A DNA stretch of 64,000 bases from Eledone cirrhosa (lineage: Eukaryota). Of this stretch, positions 51,877 through 64,000 are shown one piece after another. Every line of letters starts with the position of its first letter. Within the stretch, counting starts at the first letter, position 1. The position numbers and the translations under genes were made by a program. The notes beneath the pieces are model-generated. The model ran no database searches. It saw only the letters and a program-made list of their open reading frames with translations, and was not told the DNA's origin. The stretch spans positions 218,550,001 to 218,614,000 of the forward strand of contig OZ024742.1 in assembly GCA_964016885.1 (NCBI GenBank), in the 5' to 3' direction.

Positions 51877-54800
51877 GGTTTCTTTATTGGCCACAAGGGC
51901 TAACATGAAGAAAAACATTACAGACAGCACAGAACGGTACAGGACGATACTAAGTGGGTTTTTTGGCCGTGTAAAAAGGTTATAACAAGTAGATAGAAAT
52001 GTGTAAAAACAAATAAAAAAAATTCAAATAGCAAAAATTCCCCAAATGGAGGGAAACCTCTGAGGGTCACTCATGCGAAAACCACACAAAAGAGGCCATG
52101 GTCATCCTGACCTCTAGGGCAAGTGCCCTCTCTCAGTTCTCCCACTCCTCAGTCTGCAGGTGCATTCTCATTTCACCCACCTTTCAACAAACTTACTAGA
52201 AGACAGCACTTGCCTCTCCACCCTGATTTTCCACTTTAATAAGTGTCTGGCTTTAATCCTTTCAACCTTGTCCACCATACAATCTCTTTTGCCATGGCCA
52301 CCAGGCGGATAAAAACTGCCTGTCCTTCCTCCTCTTTAAAGGACGATGGCGGGGCTATCTGCACAATTGACTCAGATGATAACCAGATCCGTCCTACATG
52401 TGACAGCAACTGTTCGACATAGCTCCACAAGTCAGCAATGCTTGGGCACTGAACGGGTGCATACACAACAGTTTCGCATCTCAGACAGGTTCGGTTGATG
52501 GAACTTCCATGCCTGTAGAGCTTATCTCAAACCAGCAATTCTCTCCGGTAGCACTGCCAGGCCAGGGATTTCTGAAAGTTGTCCATAGGCCCTGGGCTGA
52601 AAGTTCTCTTGAAGAGAGCAAACAACTGATCGTCTTCGACACCCAGGGTCTCCCCGAGAACGTTGTCACTCTTCCCCTCCACTAGTCCTCTATAGAACGC
52701 TGAGGTGTATGTTCAATCGATACTAGTGCCCAGCTGGTAGAAGGCTGTGAGTGCTTGGAGACATTCCAGCTTCCAAGCGCTATCCCTCAGTCTTTTCTTG
52801 ATCCAGGACTGCAGCACCATCAAGGAAGCACAAGAGATGTCGCAGCCTCAGCGCATGTTTGTGCATCATCAGTCACGGCATGCCCAGTCCTCCACGCAAT
52901 GGGTGTTGACAGCAGATGGATCGTCTGACCATGGGAGCACAACCCTTCCATAAAAAGTGGAAGAGAAGGCGCTCCATTTTTGTCAGAGTTAGGCCGGGGC
53001 AAGGCACAACGGTTAAGCAGTAGCACCTCACTCCTGTTTTTCTCCATCTGGAGGTCCAGACCCTGAGCAATTTAACCGGTCCTTCCATCCAGCACCCCAC
53101 AACACTGTCAGATGGCATGAACTTGCCTCTCCAGGTGCCGAGCTGCGAGCCCACTGACTTTTTCTGGTTTAACTGTCACTGATTCATATTCCTTGAGAGT
53201 GGTGCCGAGCATCTTGACATGTCCGGTGCTTGAAACCACCGCCGTGACGACGTTGGTGTAACCCGATACAGATCTCCCACATCCCAGTTTGCATGGGACG
53301 CCTCTCATCGCCTCCAATTTGTGCAGTAACGTCTCGGGGGCCAATACGTACAAGAGCAATGACAGGAGACAACCCTGGTAAACCAAGCGCACGATGCTGA
53401 AATGCTGTGACAGGTGACCATTCGCCCTCACAACTGAGCAGATGTCGCTGCGCATCACAGCGATCCAGCCCCTGAAAATAGGCCCGAGACCGGCCGCCTT
53501 GAGGACCACTGCCAGGTACCGATGGTCGACCCTATCAAATGCTCTAGATTGATTCAAGTTGATCAGGGCCTCACCCGTGCCAGGTTCCTTAACCACCCTC
53601 TCTATGATGTATCGCATGAGGTGAAGGTTGTCATGATGGATCTGTCTGGACTGGTGCATGTCTGCACATCTCCCACCAGATCACTGATGACAAGCGCCAA
53701 TCCCGTTGCTAACACCTTGGCCAAAATCTTGAAATCTGCATTTAACAGATTTATGGGCCTGAAGTTGTCTCTAACGTCCCCCTTGTTCGGGTCTTTTCTC
53801 AACAGGGCCACCACCTCCCAGCTCACAAAACTGGGAATGCTCCCATTCTACTGCTAGTTGCAGTAGACATCGAACAAGTCTGGCATGTACGCATAAAGCT
53901 CGTAAGGCAGACCCTCCAAACCTGGCGATTTACCCCTAATGCAGTCAGACATTGCTTCCCGTATTTCACCTGCTGTTATCGGCTTTTCGCAATACTGCGC
54001 TGCGGTCGTCGAGAGCTGCAGCAGACCCTCAAAGTATGCACTGAAGTTCATACTCCGATCCGGCCCGCCGCAGTTCCCAAATAGTTGAGCAAAGTGCTGC
54101 TAAAAAGCCTCACACATCTGCTCGAGTTCGAATAACATGCGCCCGTTTTGGTCAGGCAAAGATTGAATTGTAGCTTTGTTGCTACGTCGCGCCTCCACCA
54201 CCTGGGCCCATTGGATGGCTTTAGTTCCCTCGTGTCTCAGAGTATGCACTCTAGCTCTGACAACGCAGCCTTCATGCTTAGCGTTGAAGAATTGGTCGTG
54301 TGCCAATCTCGCCGCAAGCACGTCGGTTGCAATGCCTGTCCTAAACGCCTCTTCTAGCTTTCTAACTAGCTCTCCCTCTGCTCTATTTTCCTCTATCTCT
54401 ACTCCTTTGCTAACCCTTTTCAGGGTAAACCACGCTTAACTAATTCGTTAATCCGGTCTCTGTAAGCTTTGCGCGCCGGGAACGAAGCGTTCAGCTTCCA
54501 GTAGCCAGGCCCTTGCCTATGGAGTCATCTAAGTCGAATTCACAGATCACACATTTGTGGTTTGTGTAGTCGACTATAGGACAACCTACACTAGCCTTAT
54601 CTGCTTCCCTACAGAATACCCTATCTAGATACGATCTGGATGACCTGATGTGGTTTACCCATGTCCACATTGGCACATTCGGATAATCCAGTCGATACCT
54701 GTCAGACAGTTGAAAACGTCTGAGCAGGTTGTTGAGGCTTTTACACTCTCCTGTCCTGTCTACTAGCCCCACATAATTCCAGCGTGCATCTAAGATACCG

Positions 54801-55580
54801 TTCCAGTCACCCACTAACACTAAAGCACGGGACGTTCCCAGAAAGGTCTCTAGACATCTGAAGAAATCTGGCCGTCCTGCCCTGTTGGGGCGTAGACGGC
54901 TACTAGCCTGAAATCATTGCCTTACTGCCGGTCATGTCCAGACAACCTTCTGGATCCAGGAAGATGGCCCGTATGGCGAGATCCAAGCCACTCCAAAAAA
55001 ACACAGCAACTCCGCTCCCAGACGGCTGGGAGATGCGTATACATCGTAGCCGCCAAAGATCAGTGCAAAGTCTCGTGCTTTGGAAATTCTGGTCTCGCTG
55101 ATGGCCAACACATCTATGTTTAGTAACCTGAGATTGTTAAGAAGGTGGCCCTGCTTCCAAGATGACCCCAGGCCACGTACATTTATACTGCCTATTCTAA
55201 GTAAGGCCATGTTAGGTGAGGAATGGAGTATGTGAGAAAGGATCACCTACCCTGATCGTGTGGGAAAGGGACAGTCGAACCATCCCTTTGGCTGGTCATG
55301 GGTGTCTCCAACAAGATGTCCGTCTATATTCTGTTGGTAACCGACCCTCTGAAGTCTACAACTGCGTTGGAGAATTTTTCTTTTAAATGTTTATAATGTT
55401 CTAGTTTCATTTCAACAATGTTTATATTTTTTGGTAATATTCTTGGTGTTCCTGGGGTGTAGTAATTTTTGTCTGTAATGTCTGTGTGCTGCTTTATATG
55501 TTCTATGAGCTCTTTATTTTCCATGTTTATGGCTGTGTAATGTTTTTAGGAGGATTTTGTTTTGTTGCTGTTTTCTTGTT
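51877..55580 (-). mobile_element. Tx1/L1-clade LINE, copy 2: degenerate ORF2 from MALLRIGSINVRGLG, with a possible ORF1 remnant
   Basis: Collinear with copy 1 (GSSWKQ, YLDRVF, KSPGLEG, NFRPINLLN, HDNLHLMRYIIE, GGLGMP); 3' end GCCCTTGTGGCCAATAAAGAAACC-(ATT)n. Confidence 0.92.
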
Positions 55581-55629
55581 GCTGCTGTTGGGTATGTGTA
55601 ATGGCTCCTCTTCAAATTCTTGTGGAGAG

Positions 55630-57020
55630 GACAGGTTCTGTTAGTGAGGCAGTCCATCTGCTGCCAGCACCCTCTACGTGAAGGGCTGGGCATGCCGTGA
55701 CTAATGATGCGCAGTCATGCGCTGAGGCTACGGAATCTCCAAATATTCTGCCTAAACGGTGAACAGGTGTTGTCACCATTTGTCAGACGGGCCTTTCCAC
55801 AGCTTGTCTCTTTGACTGAGCTGCAGTCCTGGGTCAAGAAGAGACCGAGACTAGGTGACTGGCACTTGGAATGTTTCCAGGCACTCACTGCCCTCTACCA
55901 GGTGGGCAATGCAGTCAGTGGAACTTCCACTCTCGTGTTCTATAGAGGATTAGTGGGGGGGGGGGGCAAGTGCGACGACACATGAGGGTATTTGTAATAG
56001 CATTGCAACTGACATGCTAGCGGTGAGAATGGCATTAGACCATTTCTTCAATGCGAAACATGAAGGTTGCATTGTCAGAGCTAAGGCACGTGTTCTGAGG
56101 AATGGCGACGACACCTGTTCACCATTTAGGCAGAATATCTGGAGATGCCATAGCCTCAGCGCATGACTGCGCATCGTTAGTCACGGCATGCCCAGCCCTC
56201 CACGGAGAGGCTCTGGGCATTGAAGAAGTTGAACTAACCAGTCTGTTCCGGAGGACTTTCGAGCCAGGGATGATGGATAACTTCCAAAAATCCCTCGCTT
56301 AGCAGTGCTACTGGGCGGCACTGCCGGTTCGAGATAAACTTTACAGGTACGGAAGTGCTGTCAGATAGACCTGCCCGAGATGCGCGCAGAGCGACGAAAC
56401 CGTTCTGCACGCACTCGTCCAGTGTCCGTGCATTACTGACTTGTAGAGTAATGTCGAACTGCTGTTGTCGTGTGTAGAACTCATCCGGCTATTGGTCGAG
56501 TCAATAGTGAAGATTGACCTGCCGACTTCTTTTGGCCAGGAAGGGCAGGCAACTTTCCTTTGTCTGGTGGAGGTAGCAAATGAGGTATGGTGGACCAGGT
56601 TGAATGGACTGAAGACAGACACTTCTCTTCAGCCAATCCCTCATCAACTTTTTCAAATTTCATTTGGAAAGGAAAGTGAGGGTGGAGAAAGAAGTGCTGC
56701 CCCCCCCCCCCCCCCCCCCAGTACATTTACTGGGTGAATGTGGCGAGAATGGCCCGTGGGATTGGCCTACTCTGATCATGGGCCTGTAGGAGGAGAGGGG
56801 TGCCCTTCCTGGGTGTCCTTGAAGCATCAGGTGGTTCAGGATTGGTGGGGTACATGAATCAACCCTGGGTGGTTATCTCCTCTATTGAGGAATTCTCGTA
56901 TTTTTCTTGTTATTTTGTTATTGTTATTTATATTTTTACACATTCTATATGTAAACGCCCACTGTCCCAGTCTTTTGTATTGTCCCCTATATGTCGGCCC
57001 TTGTGGCCAATAAATGAAAT
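55630..57020 (+). mobile_element. Tx1/L1-clade LINE, copy 3: 3' fragment with internal rearrangement
   Basis: LMMRSHALRLR...FPQLVSLTELQSWVK, MDNFQKSLA; 3' end GCCCTTGTGGCCAATAAATGAAA-(TCA/TTA)n. Confidence 0.9.
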
Positions 57021-57064
57021 CATCATTATTATTATTATTATTATCATTATCATCATTCTTCTAG

Positions 57065-57172
57065 GATGCTGCTGCTGTTGTGAAGTTGTTGTTAGAAAAA
57101 AATGCAAACCCAAATGTTTCAACCAATGGATTTTCTCCACTTGCTTTGGCAATTGCATGGGGAAACAAATTG
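57065..57172 (+). CDS. ANKMY1: ANKMY1-like exon 10 (ankyrin)
   Basis: TAG|DAAAVVKLLLEKNANPNVSTNGFSPLALAIAWGNKL|GTAAGG; 108 nt. Confidence 0.93.
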
Positions 57173-57259
57173 GTAAGGATATATATCATCATCTTCATCA
57201 TCGATTACCATCCATTTTCAACACTAGCATGGGTTAGACACTATATATATATATACATA

Positions 57260-57585
57260 TATGGCTTAGTGGTTAGAGCATTGACCTTGCAGTCGAAAGG
57301 TTGTGAGTTCAATTCTCAGACCGGGTGATGTGTTGTTTCCTTGAGCAAGACACTTTATTTCACATTGCTCCAGTTTACTCAGCTGTAGAAATGAGATGAT
57401 AGGGACTGGGGTCCATATCATTCCACTGCAAAGTGGTCGTGGAGGTGCCACGGCAAAAAAGCACCCAGCACTCACTGTAAATAAGGTTGGTATTAGGAAG
57501 GGCATCCAGCTGTAGAAATCAAGCCAGAATCAGTTCCCGTCCCACCCTTGCAAGCAAGGAAAAGCGGACGTAAAATGATGAAATG
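57260..57585 (+). mobile_element. SINE family 2 (young copy)
   Basis: As the copy at 36461. Confidence 0.92.
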
Positions 57586-57992
57586 ATAAAAAAAAATATA
57601 TATTGATATGTAAACTCAAGTGGTCTGCATATTGCCCTATAGAGCTCAACCTTTTAGCATGTTTTGTTTATATTTTTTATTTTTTGCTTATTTTACTTCT
57701 GAGGAAGCATTGCTTCCTTTTATACACGTGTTGTACAATTTTATTCCATCTTCTTGAATTTTGCCTAACTGTGTAATAATTATAAAGTGTTAAATGAGAT
57801 AAGATATTTATTCTATCATTCTCTTCTCTTATATATTTATTTAAGAGCAAAAACAAAATTTGTTTATTAATTTTCGGCAAAGCCTGCCGTAAAATCACTC
57901 AGTATGCAAATGAAGCTAATCAGCCAATGTATACATTTGAGAATAGTATGTATTATCAGCAGTTCTAACGGATATCAGAGACGAGAGAATAC

Positions 57993-58052
57993 ATAATCTT
58001 GACAAGGAGCAAGAAACTCCGAAACAATTAACAATTTTCAATTGTCGATTGT
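57993..58052 (+). ncRNA. Type I hammerhead ribozyme, U3-A8 core variant, on the ANKMY1 sense strand (intron after exon 10)
   Basis: AUAAUC [UUGACAA] GGAG-caagaaa-CUCC [GAA] ACAAUU-aacaauuuuc-AAUUGU [C58046] GAUUGU. Stem I extends via GAGAGAA (57983-57989) / UUCUCUC (58054-58060). Lies within a repeat spanning ~57908-58212. Confidence 0.83.
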
Positions 58053-58211
58053 TTTCTCTCAGCTACTGCTGGAACAAAAGGATGACGTCATCTCTACCAC
58101 GTGGTGTTTTATGAGGCTGTTTACTTGTAAACATATTATAATATTATTATTATTCACTCACAATTTATAATATTATTATAATATTATAATATTATTATTA
58201 TTCACTCACAA

Positions 58212-58268
<57 letters not shown>

Positions 58269-58479
58269 ATAAAGATCCCATAACTCCTTCTGGAGTCATA
58301 GAGGCACAGTCATACAGTGTGTCTAGGGCACTTTAAACCTGGTGGTGCCCAACCCTCTCCAGGTCTGAACACAGATGATTTTTCTATAGAGAAGACCACA
58401 GGGAGATTTGAACTCAGAGTGCACAATAAGGTGGGAAGCATTCTATGATCTTAGCAACTCTGCCAATTCACTGTCTTCA

Positions 58480-59335
58480 GGGTTTTAAGGAACTTTTAGT
58501 GGATAATGTTCCAATTTCCTCTCTTTGGGATTAAATTTTGATTTTGATTTAAATTTAAAGTCATTTTCAAGCAATTTTTAATGGTTATTTCGCTTTCCAT
58601 GTGAATGACTTCAATTGCCAATATAGTATTTCTTTTTTTCTATGAGATGTTTAGTTTGTGTGCCTGTGGGTGTATCTTTTTATGTCAAATACTGTGTGCT
58701 GAGTTCTAATCTATTATTTATTTGTGGGTTGAGTCTATGTATGAGCAAGGCTTCCTTAATTCTTAAGTTGCCCACATGTCTATCACTGGCTTTAATAGTA
58801 ACAGTAATATGTTAGTTGATGTTTCTACATTTATCAATGTGTTTTTTTAATGAGGATGCATGTGTGTTTAGGTGTTCTTTAATGTGAATGTAGAGTGCTT
58901 GAGTCGGACTACCAATGTAGAACTCCTTACATTTGTTACATTCAATCCAGTATACCACATGTGTCCGCTGGCACATACTGATATTGCGGATAGGGCAGTT
59001 AGTCAGTAAGCATTGATTGTTGTTGTCTCTGGTTTGCTTTTTAGACAGGTATCCACGCAGTGAAGGGCCGGAGTGTGCTAATTGTATATTCCAGTCCTTC
59101 TTTGCGGATAGTTGTGGTTATGCTTTCGCTGAAATGTGGTATGTCATGAAGCAGGTGTCAGTGGAGGTCTTGTGGCTGTGGCACCTTTGATTCTTAAGTC
59201 GATTCATTGTGGATATTGGGTATCCATTCGTCTTCAGTACGTCTATGAAGTGTGCAGTGGTGATCAGGTCCTCTGTCTTGCTACATTTATTCCGGATACG
59301 CGTAAGTTCATTTCTTATGCATCCGGTTTTATAAA
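58480..59335 (-). mobile_element. Penelope-like element fragment with GIY-YIG endonuclease
   Basis: Minus strand: CQRTHVVYWIECNKCKEFYIG...IKEH...NLRIKEALLIHRLNPQIN. Confidence 0.85.
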
Positions 59336-60071
59336 TATTTAACGTCTATCATTGTTTAACGTCTATCTTCCACACTAGCATGGGTTAGATGGTTTTGTTC
59401 CATTTGATGTGGGAATGGTCAAGAGACCATGTCTCGCTAATACGGAAGTGTCTCTGGCAGGTTTTCTACGGCTGGATGCCCTTCCTAATACCAACCACCT
59501 TTACAGTGTGGACTGGGAGCCTTTTTACCATGTCTCCTACACAACCACTTTACAGTGTGGACTGGGTGCTTTTTGTTGTGTCATCGACACAGTGGACAGA
59601 AATGGGAGGATGGGGTAGGGTGTGTGAGGTGGGGTTTATATTGAGTTAAGAGGTGCCTACTGACTGTAGGTTTATGTTTGTATGCAAGGGAAAGCGGGTC
59701 TTCTGTACAACTGCATGGCGCCAAAGATCTCAATCCAGTGACATTGTCTTAGAGAAGTCCTAGGTTTTTCTTGTATCACCTCGTCATAGGTTAGCCTTCA
59801 ATGCACTGTGGGTGACACAGGGCACCATAAGAGTAATCTCCCCTTAATAGGCAATGCATGCTAATAGCATGCTAAAGGTTAATCTCTATAATGATGAAGC
59901 ATATCAAAGGAAGACAAAATACAATACAGAAGGAACATTTTTGTCTCAACAAAGATTTTTTTTATTTTGAGTAAAAAGTATGAAAGATTTATAAAATTCT
60001 TACTAATTATTCTAATGGTATTTTTTTGATACTCTCATGTAATTTTGCAATATACTGTTTGTTACTTTCAG

Positions 60072-60203
60072 GCAGTGGATGAGTTATTGAAAGCTGGTGC
60101 TGATCCAAACCTAACATTAACACATGGTGTTGGTAATGCCTTCTGTGCTGCTGTTAGCACTCAGTTTGAAGACCAGTGGAAACCTGCAGAGAGATATAAC
60201 TTG
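60072..60203 (+). CDS. ANKMY1: ANKMY1-like exon 11 (ankyrin); gene continues beyond the window
   Basis: CAG|AVDELLKAGADPNLTLTHGVGNAFCAAVSTQFEDQWKPAERYNL|GTATCT; 132 nt. Confidence 0.93.
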
Positions 60204-60930
60204 GTATCTTCATCATTTTCATCACCACCATCACCATCACCACCACCACTACCACCACCACCACCACCACCACCACCACCACCACCACTATCATCATCAT
60301 TGTTTTTATGTTCTTTTTTATCCAAGATACATGCGTTGGACAAAACGTTTGAGCCTAACCCATATTTTATTTATGAATATGGTATATACCACTGAACTAC
60401 ATCAACCCACTATCGTGCAGGACATAGTATTTATGCGGGACATAAACAACTCTCACCAGTTGCTTTAAGTGTTGTTGGTAAACTAGCATACAGACTCATA
60501 CCACATGCATAACTACACACACACAAACATATACATTTATGTGTCTGACTGTGTGTGTAAATATTTCCAACCTATGCAAGCATGAAAAAACAGATGTAAA
60601 ATAATGATGATGATGATGATGATGATGATATATGAGTCTATATCATCATCATCATGTCAAGGACATGATAGCCTCCCTAGAGTTGGTGATTTACATATTG
60701 TAAAGTGGTTTGTATTAGGAAGGGCATCTAGCCATAGAAAGCTTGCCAAACTAAAGGTTGTGTCAAAGACATGACAACCTTTCCTGGGCACTGGGTAGAA
60801 CATAAGACCATACGTAAACGAGATGTAGATCCCAGGCTTGTCTAAGAGGTCAGTAGCATCACTTCAGTACTGACTTGTCCAATGTAGACACATCCAATCC
60901 TTGTTAGCAGGGAAAGCAGATGTTAAACAA

Positions 60931-60976
<46 letters not shown>

Positions 60977-61449
60977 ACCTACACAATAAATTCTTCTAGT
61001 ACACTCTGTAAACTGGTTATAGAAAGGGCATCCGACCATAGTAAACCTGCCAATCAAAGGGTTGAGAGGTTTCTTCATGTTAAGGACATGACAACTTCCT
61101 TAGTGTTGGTGCCACTATAAAATGCATTTGGTGGAGCCCAGGATTATATATCAGGCCACTAACCCACCTGGAGGTTAGAAGCTCCACTTGAATAGTGGTC
61201 AGTGACAACACATTCCACCCTTGCTAGCAATGTGTCAACAACCGAGTCCCTAAGTAGTCACTTGACTTACTAGAAACAGCAGCAAAATCTTCCTCAAATC
61301 ACATCCTACTGTCTTTTGAACCCCCTTTTTTATCCCTCCACCTTTGTTTTTTTTTTTGTTTTTTTGTTTTTGTACATTCATCCATCCATTCATTCATTTG
61401 CTAACATTCTACCTTCTCATGTGTCCCCCTCCATGCACCCCCTTTTTTT

Positions 61450-64000
61450 CTCTTGTCTTCTGACGCCTCCATGTTGATGTAGCTGAGCTATGAGGCCTTC
61501 TTATCAGCACTTTCCCTTCCAGCCACTCACCCCTGATGCCGCTCGGCGCCCCTGTCCCCGGCCCCACGTCCCATCTTCAATCCCCTCAAGCGACACCTGC
61601 AGCACTTGCAGCACCACGAACAGATGGAAGAGGGGCCGGAACTGTTCGGGGTGCAGCTGGTTCCACCACCTCACCTGTGTTGGCTTGACGTGTCGAGCTT
61701 CCAGTGCCCTCACAGCGTGGAGATGCAGAACCTCTCTCTTCCTCTCGTCTGCCCAGCCACGGCCATCTGGCACTCCACCAGAAGAGACAGCGAGCTTGTC
61801 TGACGCCCAAGCCTCGCTGGTCAGCATCACTCGGCTCAGGCGACTCTGGAAGATCCCACTCAGGATCCAGAGAACGGCCTTCCCAGTCAGCAGCAGCGGA
61901 GGTGTTGATAGTCTCTGACTAGGCCACCTCAAGGAGTTGCTATCCCCCCTCTCCGCTGAGGCCAGGTGCCGCCTTCTGAGTGCAATTGTGGCACTCACCA
62001 ATAGGCTTATCCATGGCGCCCTGGACCCTCACGCCCAAGGCCTCTTTTTTTCGGCTAGCCTCACCACTCTCAAAAAGAAAGAGGGTGGCATACGCCCCCA
62101 TCGCTGTAGGCAATGTCTTCCGGAGGCTGGCTGCCAAGGTGGTCTGCAGGTCCATAACACCCAAACTGGGTGAGGAGTTTGGTCCAGTGCAACTGGGTGT
62201 CAGTGTGCCCGATGGCTGTGAGGGGGCCGCACATGCAACCAGGCAGTTCTTCAACAGCTGCCCACTGGAATCAGCATCCATGGACTCCAGGCACCTCATT
62301 GTCAAGTTTGACATAAGGAATGCCTTCTTTAACTGCTTATGCCAGGACCATCTGCTCAATGCCTTCCTCAGCCGAGCCCCCTCTGCCTACCCGCTGGCCT
62401 ACCTGTCGTATGGAGCCCCAAGCATGCTCCTTGCTACTGATATGGTCATACCTTCGGCCACTGGGGTCCAACAGGGCGACCCTTTGGAACCCCTCCTGTT
62501 TGCCCTTGGTATAGACCACATCGCCCGGAGTATCACGGCCCCTCTCAACGTTTGGTATCTGGATGATGCTATGTTGAGCGGACCTGTACAGACTGTCTGC
62601 TATGACCTAAAATCGCTGGTTCCTGCCCTGGCGGGAATCGGCCTCCAGGTCAACTCGGCCAAGTCGGAGATAGTGAATGTCAGCCACGATGCTGAGAGCT
62701 TTGCAGTCTCCGTCTCGGATGTGCGGTCCATTCTCCACCAAGTACAGGTGACCCCCAAAGAGGATGTCCTCATCCTCGGGTCACTGATCCACCCACCGGC
62801 CATCCGCTCCACCATGAGCTGACTAGGCCTGATTGACGGCCACCCAGCTCCCTTTCTGTCAAAGAACTGCTTCGCCATGCCCAAGCTCCTCTATACCCTT
62901 CACAGCGCTCCATGCTACACCCACGCATCTCTCCTTGCTGACCTCGATACTTGTATCCGAGCAGCAGCCGAGGAGATATGCAATGTCAAGTTTGATGACA
63001 TTGGATGGCAACAGGCCACTTTACCTGTAGGATATGTGGCCTTGGCCTCCAGTGCCCGATCTCACTGGCTTTGCCGCGTCCTCGTCAGCAGGGTTCTTCA
63101 AAACACAATAGAACCTTCTGTGTTCAGAGAACATGAGGCTGCCTGTGAGATGTGGGACCGGCTGGAACTTAGCCTAGTAGACGTCCCTCCTCCTCCTTCT
63201 GCTGATGTCAACTCCCCCCAAAGCACTTGGGATGCCATCCAGTGCAGCCTGACCTCAGACAGGTTCACGCGCCAGCTCGACCAGCACTGCCTTGCATGTT
63301 TTCGTACGGCCTCCAAACCCAACTGTGGTGCCTGGCTCCATGCCCTGTCCTCCTTCTCCACTGGCACGCAGCTAGACAACAATAGCCTGTGCATCGGCGT
63401 TTCCTTGAGGCTTGGCTTCCGGATCTGCGAGCCACACCAATGTCGCTGCGGATCCACCATGGACTCTTTCGGCCTCCACCCGCTTTCCTGTCGCCACAGT
63501 GCCAGCCGCCTTCAACGCCATACTGCCCTCAATGAGGTCATAAAGCATGGCTTGGACACTGCAGGCTTTCCTTCCCAGCTCGAGCCGGTGGGGCTGGACT
63601 GAGGGGACGACAAAAGGCCAGATGGCATGACCATCTTCCCGTTCCGCGGTGGCAAACCCCTCGTCTGGGATGCCACTTTCACCGACACTTTCTGCAGCCG
63701 CAACCTGGTGCACTCTGCGACTAACCCAGGTTCTGCTGCATGTCTGGCTGAGGAGGCCAAACTCCTCAAATACCGGTCACTCTCCGACAGGTTTGCGGTT
63801 GTACCCCTGGCAGTGGAGACTTCTGGTGTCCTCGGCTCTAGGGCTACCTCCCTACTCACCACGATAGGCGCTGAGCTGGCCAGTCATAGGTGTGAGCCCC
63901 GCAAGTTGGAATGGCTTTTCCAGCGCATCTCCATTGCCGTCCTCCAGGGAAAAGCCTTCTCCATTCTGTCCGCCGGGGCTGTGGGGAGACAAGCCGATCA
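61450..64000 (+). mobile_element. CRE-like non-LTR retrotransposon (Cys-rich finger, RT, zinc knuckle, restriction-like endonuclease), GC-rich, frameshifted; runs off the window
   Basis: LKKKEGGIRP/IAVGNVFRRL..K, PVQLGV, KFDIRNAF, GVQQGDPL.PLLF, WYLDD, CRCG...H..SC, RH..LN, KRPDGMT.FPF..GKPLVWDAT, WLFQRISIAV..G. Confidence 0.88.

Noticed and set aside
58470-58490. CCCTGAAGA on the minus strand after the GIY-YIG fragment as a hammerhead start
   Set aside because: It runs into SINE-like sequence with no stem II or GAAA, so it cannot be supported.

Overview
AT-rich, microsatellite- and retroelement-rich animal DNA; the SINE/LINE repertoire suggests a cephalopod such as Octopus (inference). Positions 1-~20275 are a 24-bp minisatellite (consensus GTTGTTGACTCCATTTCTACATGT) with kb-scale higher-order duplications; the very long ORFs there are repeat artefacts. 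From ~20.6 kb to the window end lies a + strand ANKMY1-like gene. Eleven coding exons join in frame by GT-AG splicing into ~822 aa (6 MORN repeats, then ankyrin repeats), and the 3' exons lie beyond the window. Its introns hold three Tx1/L1-like LINEs, RTE, R4/Dong-like and CRE-like elements, Penelope-like fragments, two tRNA-derived SINE families, a piggyBac-like MITE and two further minisatellites. The most notable hidden feature is a family of type I hammerhead ribozymes with a non-canonical UUGACAA core (U3-A8 replacing C3-G8). There are two apparently complete copies (44107-44159 antisense; 57993-58052 on the pre-mRNA sense strand) and one deleted copy, plus a separate mutated minimal hammerhead. 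All structures were read by eye; no database search or folding program was run.
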